This document shows, piece after piece, positions 24,068 through 37,210 of a stretch of 64,000 nt of DNA; the first letter of the stretch is position 1; each line of letters begins with the position of its first letter. The translations under genes were made by a program, and so were the position numbers. Below the pieces are notes generated by a model. It saw only the letters and a list, made by a program, of their open reading frames with translations. It did no database searches and had not been told where the DNA came from. The stretch comes from the human T2T-CHM13v2.0 reference genome, Homo sapiens, in assembly GCF_009914755.1 (NCBI RefSeq), contig NC_060945.1; one strand, 5' to 3'.

Positions 24068-26034
24068 TTTTTTAAAAAATTTTTTATTCTTATTTTTAAT
24101 TCAAGTTTTATTTTAGGTATAGAGGGTACATGTGCAGATTTGTTACATGGGTGTGTTGTACCCAGGTAGTGAGCATAGTACCTAATATGCAGTTTTTTAA
24201 TCCACAGCCCACCTCCTTTCCCACTCTAGTAGTCTGCAGTGTCTATTATTCCCAAGTTTATGTCCATGTGTGCCCAGCATTTAGCTCCCATTTGTAAGCA
24301 AGAACATGTGGTATTTAGTTTTCTGTTCCTGCATTAATTCACTTAGCATTATGGCCTCTAGCTCTATCCATGTTGCTATAAAGGACATGATTTCACTCAT
24401 TTATGGCTGTGTGCTATTCCATGGTGTATGTGTACCATAGATTCTTTATCCAGGCTACCACTGACGGGCACCTAGGTTGATTCCATGTCTTTGCTGTTGT
24501 GAAAAGTGCAGCGATGAACATATGAGTGCATGTGTTTTTCGGGTATAATGATAGTAGCTCTGTTTCAAGTTCTTTGAGAAATCTCCAAACTGCTTTCCAT
24601 AGTGGCTGACCTAACTTGCATTCCTATCAATAGTTTATAAGCATTCTCTTTTTCCCACAGCCTCGCCAACATCTGTTGTTTTTTGACTTTTTAATAATAA
24701 CCATTCTGACTAGTGTGAGATGGTATCTCATTGTGGTTTTGATTTGCATTTCTCTGATGATTAGTTACAGTGAGCAATTTTTTTATGTTTTTGGGCCACA
24801 GATATGTCTTCTTTTGAGTAGTGTCTGTTTATGTCCTTTGCCCACTTTTTAATTGGTTGTTTTTTGATTGCTGATTTGTTTAAGTTCCTCATAGATTCTG
24901 GGTATTAGACTTTTGTCAGATGCATAGTTTGCAAATAATTTCTCCCATTCTGCAGGTTGTCTGTTTAATCCATTGATAGTTTCTTTTGCTGTGCAGAAGC
25001 TCTTTAGTTTAATTAGGACCCACTTGTCAATTTTTTTTTTTGTTTCAATTGCTTTTGGGGACTTAGCCAAAAGTTATTTGCCAAGACCAATGCTGAGAAG
25101 GGTATTTCTTAGGTTTTCTTCTAGGATTTTTATAGTTTGATACCTTACATTTAAATCTTTACCCCATCTTGAGTTAGTTTTGGTATATGGTGAGAGCTAA
25201 AGGTCCAGTTTCATTCTTCTGCATATGGCTAGCCAGAAATCCCAGCATCAGTCATTGAATAGGGAGTCCTTCCCCATTGCTTACTTCTGTTGGCTTTGTC
25301 AAAGGTCAGATGGTTCCAAGTGTGCAGCTTTATTTCTGAGTTTTCTATTCTGTTGCCTTGGTCTACATGTCTGTTTTTGTACCAGTACCATGATGTTTTG
25401 GTTACTATAGCCTTATACTGAAGGCTATACCCAACTTGAAGTTGGGTAGTGTGATGTCTTTGGCTTTCTTCTTTTTCCTTAGAATTGCTTTGGTTATTTG
25501 GGCTCTTTTTTGGTTCTATATAAATTTTATAATCGTTTTCTCTAATTCTGTGAAGAATGACATTGGTAGTTCGATAGGAATAGTGTTGTAAATTTCTATG
25601 GGCAGTATGGCCATTTTAACAATATTGACTCTTCCAACCTATGAGCATGGAATGTTTTTCGATTTATTTGTGTCACCTCTGATTTTTTTCCGTGGTATTT
25701 TGAAGTTCTCCTAGTACAGATCTTTCACCTCCTTGGTTAGCTGTATTCCTAGGTGTTTCATTTCCTTTGTGGCTATTGCACATGGGATTGTGTTCCTGAT
25801 TTGACTCTTAGCCTGGACATTATTCGTGTATAGATATGTTACTGATTTTTGTACACTGGTTTTGTATCCTGAAACCTTACTAAAATTGTCTATCAGTTAG
25901 TAGTCTTTTGGCAGAGTCTTAAGGGTTTCTCTATATAAAATCATATCACCAGTGAAGAGAGATAGTTTGTCTTCTTCTTTTCCTATTTGGATACCTTCTT
26001 TCTTTTGCCTGATTGCTTTGGCTAGGACTTCCAA
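24068..26034 (-). mobile_element. Old primate L1 (L1PA15/16- or L1PB-like), 5' truncated; 3'UTR plus decayed ORF2
   Basis: GGTACATGTGCAGATTTGTTACATGGG 3' end; ORF2 remnant [21 protein letters not shown] (24849-25070). Confidence 0.95.
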
Positions 26035-27203
26035 CAGCTAGATTTTGAAAGCATGTTCGAGATGGGCTGTTGTGGGGTAAATAGGGATGGTCCTTCAAAA
26101 AGAAGGACAGTTCACAGCAGCTGTAGGTGATGAGTCTTGGCAGGATGCTGTGGCCACTGGTGCTATTAAGATATGATGAATATGGGATAACAGAGTGAGG
26201 TGTCCAGGGATTTCCAAAGAGTGTTCAAGAACTATTTGGACACCTGATCCTCAGGGAAGATATAAAAAGGTCAAGAGTGGGCACTGAAGAAGGAAGTCTT
26301 TGAAGAGAGTGATTGAAATGTAACTGATGCACTCGTCTTCTCCGACCTTAGTGACCAAAGCATAGAGGGGAGCCTGTCTGTCACATGAAATCTAGCAAGA
26401 GGGGCTTGAATCGGATCATGCAGGGAGCATGCGTCCATCAGTCGAGGTCTGACTTATCCCCTGGGAGAGTGGAAGTGTCCTCTTGTAAAGTAGGATAGAC
26501 AGGGATAGCATTAGGAACTTCCCACATGCCCCTTTAGGAATCCTCAAATATGGAATCCCTAAACGAGATGTTGGCTAGGCATTGTTTTAAAAGGGATTTT
26601 GCCTAAGAAGGTGGACTTTTCAGGCAAGGAGATTTTAGCCCAAAGAGGTTATGATACAGACCACTGGGAGCAGCAGCCAAGAAGGAAGGGAGGAGGGGCC
26701 GATAGCCTAGAGAGGGTACAGCTTCTGTAAGGGCAGTTTCAGCAGAAGGACCCTAATGGGAGTGCCAATCAATGTGGAACCCATGAGAGTACACAGGGCA
26801 GAAGCAATTGGCAATAAACATCTATGAGGCCCAGAGAGAGCTGAGCCATCTGATACTAGCAGCAGACAAGCAGCCTCCCCATCCTCCTCCCTGTCTCCCT
26901 TCACCCTCCCCAGCATGGCAGTGTGAGATGTCTTGGTTAGCAAGGAGTAAGGGTGGATGGAGGAATCTAGGCTGCTGGAAGAAAGGAGCTTGGCCACATT
27001 CCATTAACCCAACCAAGCAGTCGCCCCAGTAGGCTCCAACTGTGGCTATGGGAGTCAAATCAAGTTTTCAGTTTTGATGATTTGAGATTCTGCGATTTAG
27101 AGTGACCATAGGACTTTTCTTATCTAAGTGAGAGGCAGAGAAAGGATCGCCCACATTGAATATATTTAAAAGAATAGTGAAAGACAAAAATCAAGTGAGT
27201 TTT

Positions 27204-27662
27204 CAAAAAGTGGAAACAATACAATGTGTCCATTGAGTCGAATGGATGAATGGATAGAAAAAATGTGGCGTACATGTAAAGTGAAATATTATTCTGTCCT
27301 AAGAAGAAGTGAAATTGTGATGTGCACTACAACACGGGTGGACATTAAAAGCATTATATTTAGTGAAATCATCCAGACACAGAAGGACAAATATTGTACG
27401 ATTCTACTTATGTAAGGTAGCCAAAATAGACAAATTCATAGAGACAGAAGGTAGAATAGAGGCTACCAGGGGCTGACAGGTTGAGGGAAAGGCAAACCAT
27501 TGTTGGATGAGCATAGAATTTCAGATTGGAAAGATAAAATTCTGGAGATGGATAGCAGTGATAGTCGCTTAACAAAGTGAATGTAATTAATGGCACAGAA
27601 TTGCACACGAATGAATAGTTAAAATGATAAATATTATGTATATTTTACCACAATAAAAAAAA
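27204..27662 (+). mobile_element. L1MB-type 3' end
   Basis: CAGACACAGAAGGACAAATATTGTACGATTC...ATTTTACCACAATAAAAAA. Confidence 0.88.
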
Positions 27663-28229
27663 TTAAGTGGCTTGTATGATTAGAATTCTTTGTGTTTAAA
27701 ATAACTCTTTATATCCATGATAAGACTCTTATATAATGGTTTATATAATGGTCTGTACATCTTCTGGGTGAGTAGCAGTGGATTTATTTATTAATTATTA
27801 CTCATCCCCTTCCCCTTATCAATGCTGGGTTGGACAGTTGGATATAGATATGGCCAAGACCCGGCTCTTGGCTTTAGGTGATTGGGTTAGTGTAGTCTAT
27901 CTTTTGTCGTGAGACCCTCAAGAAGGCTTGTTTAATTCAGTGTGCAACACAGTTAATATAATACTTCTTAACTCATTGGCATTACTAAATCTTTATTATT
28001 TTTATGATAATTAGAGGAAGCAATTAGAAGACTGTCCAGCAAAATGATTCTTCAGAAAGTTTCTGATTTAGCTGCATTCTCTGTGGCACTCTATACCTGC
28101 TGTCTACTTACAGAGGAACGTAGAGTTGTGTCTTAATTGAGAAAAATAAAACTTAAAATCATTTTTTTCTAGAATATAAATTACTATTATTAGGGTTGAC
28201 TGCAAAAACTCTACAGACCCACAAACTCA

Positions 28230-28366
28230 GACACACACACAAACACATACACACATACATACACACACAAACACAAACACACACACAAACACACATACAC
28301 AAACACACACACACAAACACACACAAACACACACACACAAACACACACACACACACACACACACAC
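28230..28366. repeat. Interrupted CA-rich microsatellite
   Basis: Read directly; CA repeats with AAAC and TACA interruptions. Confidence 0.93.
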
Positions 28367-29206
28367 GCGCTTTAGTCCAGGATATTGATTTCACTTTAAA
28401 CTCTGGCCTCACTTGGCACGAATGTTTGGGCAAGCCCTAACATATTACCTTTGGGTATTCCCCATTCCTGTAGTTAGTCAACCACACAGAGGGCAGATCT
28501 AGAGGAGATAACTGATTTAATGATAAGTTAAAGGATTAATCCTTTTTCTGCAGCATCTTAATATGCAGAGATTATCTTGTCTGATGCCTGAGTTATAAAT
28601 ATATTGCCACTCGTGTTTAATCCCACACACCACCTATCTTTTCCTTGAATCTACTCAAGTGTTCAACAACAGCCTTCTAGGTTTCTGCCTCCCAGGTAAT
28701 TCAGATGAAACCAGGAAATCATGCTGATAAAATAGTTTCATCCTGCTTGGAATTGCGTACCTCGCAGTGCACCCTTTTCAGAGAAGCTAAAGGAAATTCA
28801 AAATAAGAGATGGAGTCATGACTCGGGGATGACAACTATGTCTCTGTGTTCTGCTGTATTCAGGACAGTGTGGATCATGGACTACCTAGGACCTGCTTCT
28901 GAAGGTAGTGAGAAGCAGACTCAACCATGAATTCCTTTAGACTCAGAACCCTTCACCTATTAATATATACAACATACACACATTTTAACTCCAAGACTTC
29001 CATTTTTATTCCTATCACTTATCCAATCTAGGGAGCTTTAGCTTACCCTCTCTTTTTGAGTGGACTGAAAACATTTGGATAAATCAGGTGATTCCACCGT
29101 ACTTCAAACCCTCACCTTAATGGAGAAACATATTTTTGGCCCATCACTTCCTTTGAATTTCAAGTTTATCCCTACCAAGGACATATTTCTCTGATGTACT
29201 AAGGGT

Positions 29207-29431
29207 AGGCTTGCCAGACTTAGCAAAACAAAACAAAACAAAACAGAAAAACAAACAAAAAACAGCATGTATTGTTAACTCTGAAGTTTTGAGAAACAAT
29301 GAATGAGTTTTTAGCATGTCCCAAATACAGCATGGGACACGGGTAAAGAATTATTCATTGCTTGTTTGTAATTCAAACTTAACTGGGCAGATTTAATTCA
29401 TTTACTTTAATTCATTTAATCTGGCAATCCC
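29207..29431. mobile_element. MER53-like hAT MITE
   Basis: TIRs TTGCCAGA...TCTGGCAA and central TGTCCCA...TGGGACA. Confidence 0.8.
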
Positions 29432-30609
29432 TGTTGACAGCCAAGATGTGAGACATGCATGTGGACACATTTCACCTAAGAAACAGAAAGCTTTGGGGGT
29501 TTATTTAAACATACAGGAGAAGATAATAGAGTACGCCATTGAACTTCAATCACTGCAGGCTGCTGTGGATTTTTTTTTTTCCTTTTTTCTTGCATCCTTT
29601 TCAAGGACCTGGAGAAGTGTTAAATACCAGGCTCACCCTGCTAATGGTTTACCCACCAGTAAGAAACAATGGCAAAAGGGATCATTTACCTTGTTTTCTC
29701 CATGCGGGACTCACCTGCTTTCGGGTCCAGGCGAACTCGCTGTGGTATTGTTCTTCTCTGCTAGGTTTCCAAAGGAGAGCCCAGGCGCGTTAATTGCTGG
29801 GTGGCAGCTACACTAAATGCAAGTGGACGACAGCTGGGTGCCGGGCTCGCTCTGCAAGAGAAGGTTTGGGTTTCCATTGTAGTCCGCATCATAATCCGCA
29901 CCCTTCCATCTGCACTAACTGTTGTTTTAGGTCTCAAGTAATTGGCTGGAGCTGAAAACATAAACACCTCCACGCGCTTGCCCTTATCATTTTCTTTTTA
30001 TGTTGGTTTAGGAAATACACCTGAGAGACCAAATGCATACAATGAATCCAGCAATTACCAACCACCATGGGCGGACAGCAAATGCTCAAACAACAAAACA
30101 CCCAAGGATGGGCGGCTGCTGGCTTCTGACTTTCCTCATGGGGATGGGGGTCCCAGATCTGGGTCTAGGACTCCCTCCCACTTCTGTCCTGGGACAGCTG
30201 ATTTCAATACTGCCAAAGACGTGGAACTTTTCTTAAGAAGGTTCTCTCCTGATTTATTTTGAGTAAACAACTGATACAGGTTATGTATAGTGCTGGGAAA
30301 ACTAATGCAGAGAAAGAGGAGGGACATAACTAGTTTTGTTGTCATCTGTGGAACATTTAATTGCAAAATTGTTGAAAGGAAAATTAGACCTCTCTTTCCC
30401 CCTCCCCCCCCCCCCCCAAGTATGGCTTTGGCAGAAAAATCCCAAAGAAAATTAGAAAGTGGAGATTAAGGGTGAAGATAGGGAGAGACATTCAAAAACA
30501 CCACCACCATTTCATACCTTTGGGGCTGAGTTCTTTAGTCATTCAACAAGCATTTCTTGACCACATTCTATGTATTGGACACCGTTTTACTGAGCAAGAC
30601 AATTTAGAA

Positions 30610-30897
30610 TGAGGTTGTGAACATGAACTTGGAGCTACCTGGGTTTGTAATCCCAGTTCAGCCACCTACTAGCTACGTGTCCTTGAGCCATCTACTTAAA
30701 CTATCTGTGCCTCCTTTCTCTCACTTGTTGAATGGAAATAATACCATTAAGTCCTTCATAAGGTCTCTGTGAAATGGAAATAATAATATTTCTTACCCCA
30801 TAGGGTCATTGTGAGGATTAAATTGGTTAATGCCTGTGAAGCACTTAGAAAAATTCTTGGTACATATTAACTACCAAGTACATATTAGCTCTTATTT
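30610..30897 (+). mobile_element. MIR with internal partial duplication (AATGGAAATAATA twice)
   Basis: MIR body ending GTGAGGATTAAAT...GCACTTAGAA...TATTAGCT. Confidence 0.8.
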
Positions 30898-31230
30898 GGT
30901 GGTGATGTTGTGTTGCTGTTTAACATGAACGAATGTGCCATGTGACATTTTGCGTAAATGATGATGAAAGGGAAGAAACATTACCCCAAACCTATTAGTG
31001 AAAGACTGGGTAGACATGGTTTTTACTCATGCTCCCTCCTGCAGATAGTAAATTACTTAGGAAGTTGTTTTTGTCACTTTCTACTTTGGTCCCCAAACAT
31101 CAAGAACATGGTTTCTTTAAATAATTCTTGAAAAATTGTTAGAACAACAATGATATGGGCTATCCATAGGAACATGTAGAAAGCATGTTTGCAATCACCT
31201 ACCTGAAAATTAGAATTATCATCTTGGGTA

Positions 31231-31671
31231 TGTTAAATTGAATTAAGTTTGGCCCAAAGCTGCCTCCATCCATATTTTAAGGTTGGCCTAACAGCTTCTC
31301 CACGCATAGCAAACTGTAACCTAACCTGATGGTTAAACAGACAGTAGCCTACGATTGTAACAAGTAGCCAAGTCTCAGTCAATCTGAGCAGTTGAGTTTC
31401 AGCCAATCATGGGGACCAACTGTTCAACCTGTGTTCTTAAAAGGCGAACACTGAGCTATCACCAATTCAGCTGTTTCTGTACCCACTTCTATTTTGTGTA
31501 CGTCACTTTTCTTTTTCTGTCTGTAAATATTATCCATGCAGCAGTCCTGGGGTTGCTCTGAATCTATTCTGGTTTGGGGGTGGGGCGGGGTGGGGGGGTG
31601 CCCGATTCATGAGTCGTTGTTTGTTCCTACATTCTGTTAAATTGAACGTGTCTAAAGTTTTTCTTTGAACA
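31231..31671 (+). mobile_element. ERV1 solo LTR (MER57-family-like), complete
   Basis: TGTT...AACA termini with 4-bp TSD GGTA (31227-31230, 31672-31675); internal CCAAT boxes and CCCGATTCATGA. Confidence 0.88.
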
Positions 31672-32033
31672 GGTAGTGGGACTGAGCTACTATTCAGAAT
31701 ATTCTCTGTGCCCCACTGTGGCTCGCCATCATACCTTCTGTATCTTTTGCTTATCTTCCTGTCATGAGACTAGCAAGGTCTTGACAGCACTCACCTGAAG
31801 CCATCAATCAATCAACTGAGGAAGACATCAATCTCTGTGATTGTAAACTACTGAGATCGGGTAGTTTGTGTAGTTTGTGGCCTTAATCTAGCCCACCCTG
31901 ACTGACACATTGACTCTAACCAATGACCACCTAACCCATTGTTTTATCTTTATTTGATGCCAGGATTGCCTTTTTGTTAGTTGGTTGACTCTTACAGGAA
32001 GAGTAGATGTTCATGTATTAAAAAGTAAAGCTT

Positions 32034-32337
32034 GGCCAGGTGCGGTGGCTCACGCCTGTAATCCCAGCACTTTGGGAGGCCGAGGTGGGCGGATCACGAG
32101 TTCAGGAGTTCAAGATCAGCCTGGCCAACATGGTGAAACCCTGTCTCTACTAAAAATACAAAAATTAGCTGGGGGTGGTGGCGCATGCCTGTAATCCTAG
32201 CTACTCAGCAGGCTGAGGCAGGAGGATTGCTTGAACCCGGGAGGCGGAGGTTGCAGTGAGCTGAGATAGCACCACTGCACTCCAGCCAGGGTGACAGAAT
32301 GAGAGTCTGTCTCAGAAAAAAAAAAAAAAAAAAAAAA
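32034..32337 (+). mobile_element. AluS (Sg-like)
   Basis: Full dimeric Alu with poly(A). Confidence 0.95.
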
Positions 32338-33751
32338 GGAAGGCTTACATCCCAAATAATTTGTGTTTCCTTAGTAAATTACTATGGATCCGCTACCCAT
32401 GCATTCATCTAAGTTCACCATCATTTTACTTATTCACTTATTTAACAGACCTTCTGTTAGTAACTAGTTTATATTGGACTTGGGTCTTGGTTCTGGGGGA
32501 AGCAGGTAAGTGGTTCAGAAATGCGTAAAACAGGGTTCCTGTCCTCAGCATGCTTATCAAGAGTGCAAAAATCTGTTTTAGGTGACATAAAGTTCTAGAC
32601 ACTTATTTGCTGGGCAAAGTAGAGTTGTGTCCTACTTGTACCACTCTGTTTAAACTTCAAGCCCTTCCCCCTAGCTACCAATATTTTATGAGTTGGCATT
32701 GACTTAGTGGTTACTCTAATTTGTAGTCTTCACAAGGGTTAAAATGTAAATCACATCTTTTGCACCTTGACTTTTCAGACTAAACATGTGTGTTTATTTA
32801 AATTAATCTCTCATTGACTGTCCTCACTATCTTCATAATGTTAGTTACCCCTTATTTGGCTATTTAAACCTCAGTAGTTTTTTTCTCTTTGGGGCAGATA
32901 TCTAGCTTAAGCAAATCTCTCCAGATTTTGACACCCTGTGACTTTGTTGGTGAGTTTTCTCTGTAATTTTTTTATTTTTTCAAAAAATATCCAGATGATA
33001 AACACTGTAAATATATTTTTGATTTATGTCAATTTCTGGCCAGAATTTTCTAGATAATAACTTCAGTCTTCTGTTATTTTTCCCCTTGTCATTCACTCAT
33101 GCTTGGGATTTTATATGCACTGGGGTCTGGGATAAGGGAGTAAAATTTACTTAACTTTGAGCACATTGTCACTTTTTCCAGCATCTTGGGTATATTACAT
33201 ATCTTATTAATTGCCAAATGACTCCTCTTTTAATAAGTTCTCAAATCTTTTAGTAGATCTAAGCTCTTAAACAAATAAACCCAATATTTCTTGTAGACAT
33301 GGACAAATGAAGTTTTGCATTTCAACCAAAGTAAGAGAATAGTCTTTAAAACACATATAAAATAAGAATAATAACAGGAAATGTTTTCTCTTCCTCTAGT
33401 GATCATATTTTCACTTGGAAAGATTTTTTTACATGAACAGAAAAGGAAAGTAATAATCTTATTTATTTTAATTATCAAATTAACCATCGTTGATGACTTA
33501 TAAAATACTGCTGTTTTAAAAAAGAGAATTAAAAATTAATAAAAGACAAAAATATTTAATGTTGATGTCTTCAACTATGAAATGCATTAAGAGTTTGCTA
33601 GTTATATATTAGCTGCCATAGATTGACTCTCTCGCTAAGCACCTTACATGGATTACCTGATTTAATCTTCATAATCCCTTTTTCATCTTCATTACCCCTT
33701 TTTCATCTTCATTCTCATTGCAGATGAGAAAACCATAGCATAAAGAGGCTA

Positions 33752-34102
<351 letters not shown>

Positions 34103-34803
34103 TCAAACTTAGGCAGGCTAGCTCCAAATTTTGCACAAGTCACCATGGCCTAATAGTGTCCAAGCTATTCTTTACCTTTCCTTTTTGTTTTTGTTCTTAA
34201 TCCAAGACTCAGTTAAGATAGGAAAGAAGAGATTTGTTTCAATAGGAATTCAAATTTCACATGCTTTGTAGATGAACACAAGGATCATTTGCTTCAGATT
34301 AATAGAAATATTTTCTCTAAAGTTCAGAGGGTTTGTAGGAGGTGGCTTCCAAATTTTCTTGTCTTTCTTGTCTCCACGATTTACATTGTTTATAAGGTGT
34401 TCAATTATACTACAAAGGGGCCATACATTTCTTTTGGAGATTTAAAATTATCGTTGAGGGATAATATAAGTTGACCATGTCCAGGCCTACTTTTTGTTTA
34501 TAAAAGTCAGAATACAGTTAGGTTACTTTAGATTTTATTCAATGAGAGAGGGTGTGAGTTAGCAGTTCTAGATTGTGCCGTAATTCAAAATGATCAATAA
34601 ATCTTTCCTTTCTCAAAATACTCTGAGCACTTTTTATCACTCATTAAATTAATATCGTGTACCACCCTAGACTATATAGCTATAGTCTTATCTTCCCTGA
34701 CAGATTGTAAAATTTGGAGGTTACAGGGGATATCTAATTCATTGCTCTGGTGCCTTTCAAAATTGGAAAGCTGTAGGAGCCCATCACGTTTTTGTTTAAG
34801 TGG

Positions 34804-35350
34804 TGTATCAGTTATCTATTGCTACAATCATGCTGCAGAACAAACATGCCAAAAACCTACGTGCATTCAACAATGAATGTTTATCATTGTTCACACCTTA
34901 TGCCTCAGCTGGGCAAATTTTCTGGTCTCAGCAGAGCTCACTCACGCAACTGTGGTCAGCTGAAGGTGGGTGAGCAGTTCTGTTGATATTGGCTGGGCTC
35001 TCTCACATGTTGGGGCCAGCTAGCCTAGGACAGCCTCAGCTGGGACACCTGGACTAACCTCCATGTGGTCTCTCATCCTCCAGGATGCTAGCACAGTCAC
35101 GTTCACATGGAAGTGACAGAGAAAGTAAGCAGAAATGTGTACAGCCTCTGCAGGTCTTAAAGCTTGGAACTGGCACATTGCTATATCAACTACATCCTAT
35201 TGGCCAAAGCAAGTCATAAGGCCAGCCCTGATTCAAAGGGTGGGAAATAGACTTTGTCTCTTAACTGGAAGAGATTCAAACTCACATTACAAAGGGTGTG
35301 TGTACAAGGAGGGCTGAAGAGTTGGGGTTAATTTTGGAATCAACCTGCCA
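34804..35350 (-). mobile_element. Old MaLR LTR (MLT1-type)
   Basis: TGTATCAGTTATCTATTGCT start; CTATTGGCCAAAGCAAGTCATAAGGCCAGCCC. Confidence 0.75.
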
Positions 35351-36706
35351 CAAATAGAATAAATAAATAGTGACGACCAAACCTCACCGGGTGGCCTTAG
35401 ATTATCCCTCATTTCCTTACTGTAGGCACGAGAAGTGGCGTTGTGGAGTGGAAAGTGGGAGGGGCTGGCATTGGTTGGCTTAGAGTTCCCAGTGTTTTCA
35501 CGGCTGCCTGACCATGAGGCAGTCATGTCATGTCCTTAATCACAACTTCTCACCTCCCTAAGATGGTCATGAGAATTCAATGGGACAATGCACATTGAAT
35601 TGCTTTGTAAATTATAAAAAAGCATCTGTGAACTATCACTGCTGTTATTTCATTTGAGGCTGGGGAGCCTGCCTGCAATTCCACTAATTTGACAGATTCT
35701 GAAAAGCATCCGCAGAGGATGTGTAAATCCCAATAAACAACATTTCTTTCACTCCACTCTGAGATTGGGTCTGAAAATTGCATCCTGAGAGTCAGAGAAG
35801 ATTGTACATAGTGGTGCAGGGCTGCAAGACATCACGGGAGCCTGTTGTAAATATGAAGAGGTTTTAAATGTGCTGCTGTGACACCACCTTCTGCAAGAAC
35901 AGACATTTATTCCTGCTCTAGGTGACTCCCATACCAGAGGAAGGTGGCACACTGAAAATCTGGACTTCTGCATTTATTTCTGCTTGAAGAATTAACAAGC
36001 TCTTAAAGTAAATATAGTCCCAGGTTCTCCCCTTCCAGGTTTCGTGACATCACAGTGCTTTGGGGCCTTCCCCCTTTACTGCTGCCTGGGCTGCTTTCCC
36101 TGCCCTGTGGAAGTGAGAAATAGGCTCCTATGACATTGAAAAGAGCGCAATTTGGAGTACTAGAATGGATGCATTTTCCCACTCTTGTGGTGCTCTGTGA
36201 TTAAAATGGAGATGTCTTTTGCATAAATGGCTTGTAAAGAGTTTCTTGCAAACCCCAGTGGTCTGGCTCTGCTTATGAGTCAAATGTGAATGCCAATATT
36301 TAACACATTGTGAGAAATGACATTTAGGAAAAAAAAGACCCAAATAATTAAATATGTGTAGGAGACAGCCCACATTGTTTGACCATGTATACTATTAGTC
36401 ATCAACTGATGCCTCTGAGACAGATCTGTGGGCATTTACTATGCCCACGAACATGTGGGATCTAAAATTAAAAGACCTAGCCAGGACAAGAAAGACACCA
36501 GAGAGAATTTGTTGCTTCAGATTTGATTCTTCAAAAGATTTATCACTGCAAGTATAAATCCTAAACTCAAAATTACCTTCAATGCCATTGCACATTGTAT
36601 GTACACAAATGGGATACTCAGACCAACAACGTAGGTCTTTCTTGGTGCTAAGAACCCACATGCTGTATGAAACTCAGCGTGGCATTCATTTAAAACCAAA
36701 CCGTCA

Positions 36707-36993
36707 CCAGGTGCATGTACATTGGGATACAGACTCATACCTGTAATCCCAATACTTTGGGAAATCAAGGAGGGAGAATTGCTTGAGCCAGGAGCTGGAG
36801 ACCAATCTGGGCAGTAAAGTGAGCCCCCCACCTCTACAAAAACATTTAAAATTTAGCTTGGCATGATAGTGTGTACCTGTGGTCCTAGGTAGTTGGGAGG
36901 CTAAGGCAGGAGGATTGTTTGAGCCCAGGAGGTGGAGACTGCAGTGAGCTGATTATATCAGCTGCACTCTACCTGGGTGAGACAGTGAGACTC
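36707..36993 (+). mobile_element. AluJ with rearranged 5' end and tail replaced by (CT)n/(TA)n
   Basis: GGAGGATTGTTTGAGCCCAGGAGG AluJ diagnostics. Confidence 0.88.
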
Positions 36994-37085
36994 TCTCTCT
37001 CTCTCTCTCTCTCCCCCTCTCTATATATATGAATAAAATTCCTATATATTCATAAATTCATATATATGACTAGAATTCTCTCTCT

Positions 37086-37122
37086 GTGTATATATATATA
37101 TATGTGTATATATATATGTGTG

Positions 37123-37182
<60 letters not shown>

Positions 37183-37210
37183 CATATATATATACATATA
37201 TATATATGTG
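37086..37210. repeat. Long interrupted (TA)n/(TG)n/(TACA) microsatellite
   Basis: Read directly from the sequence. Confidence 0.96.

Noticed and set aside
24849-25070. ORF with real protein similarity
   Set aside because: A decayed L1 ORF2 fragment in a truncated element, not a host gene.
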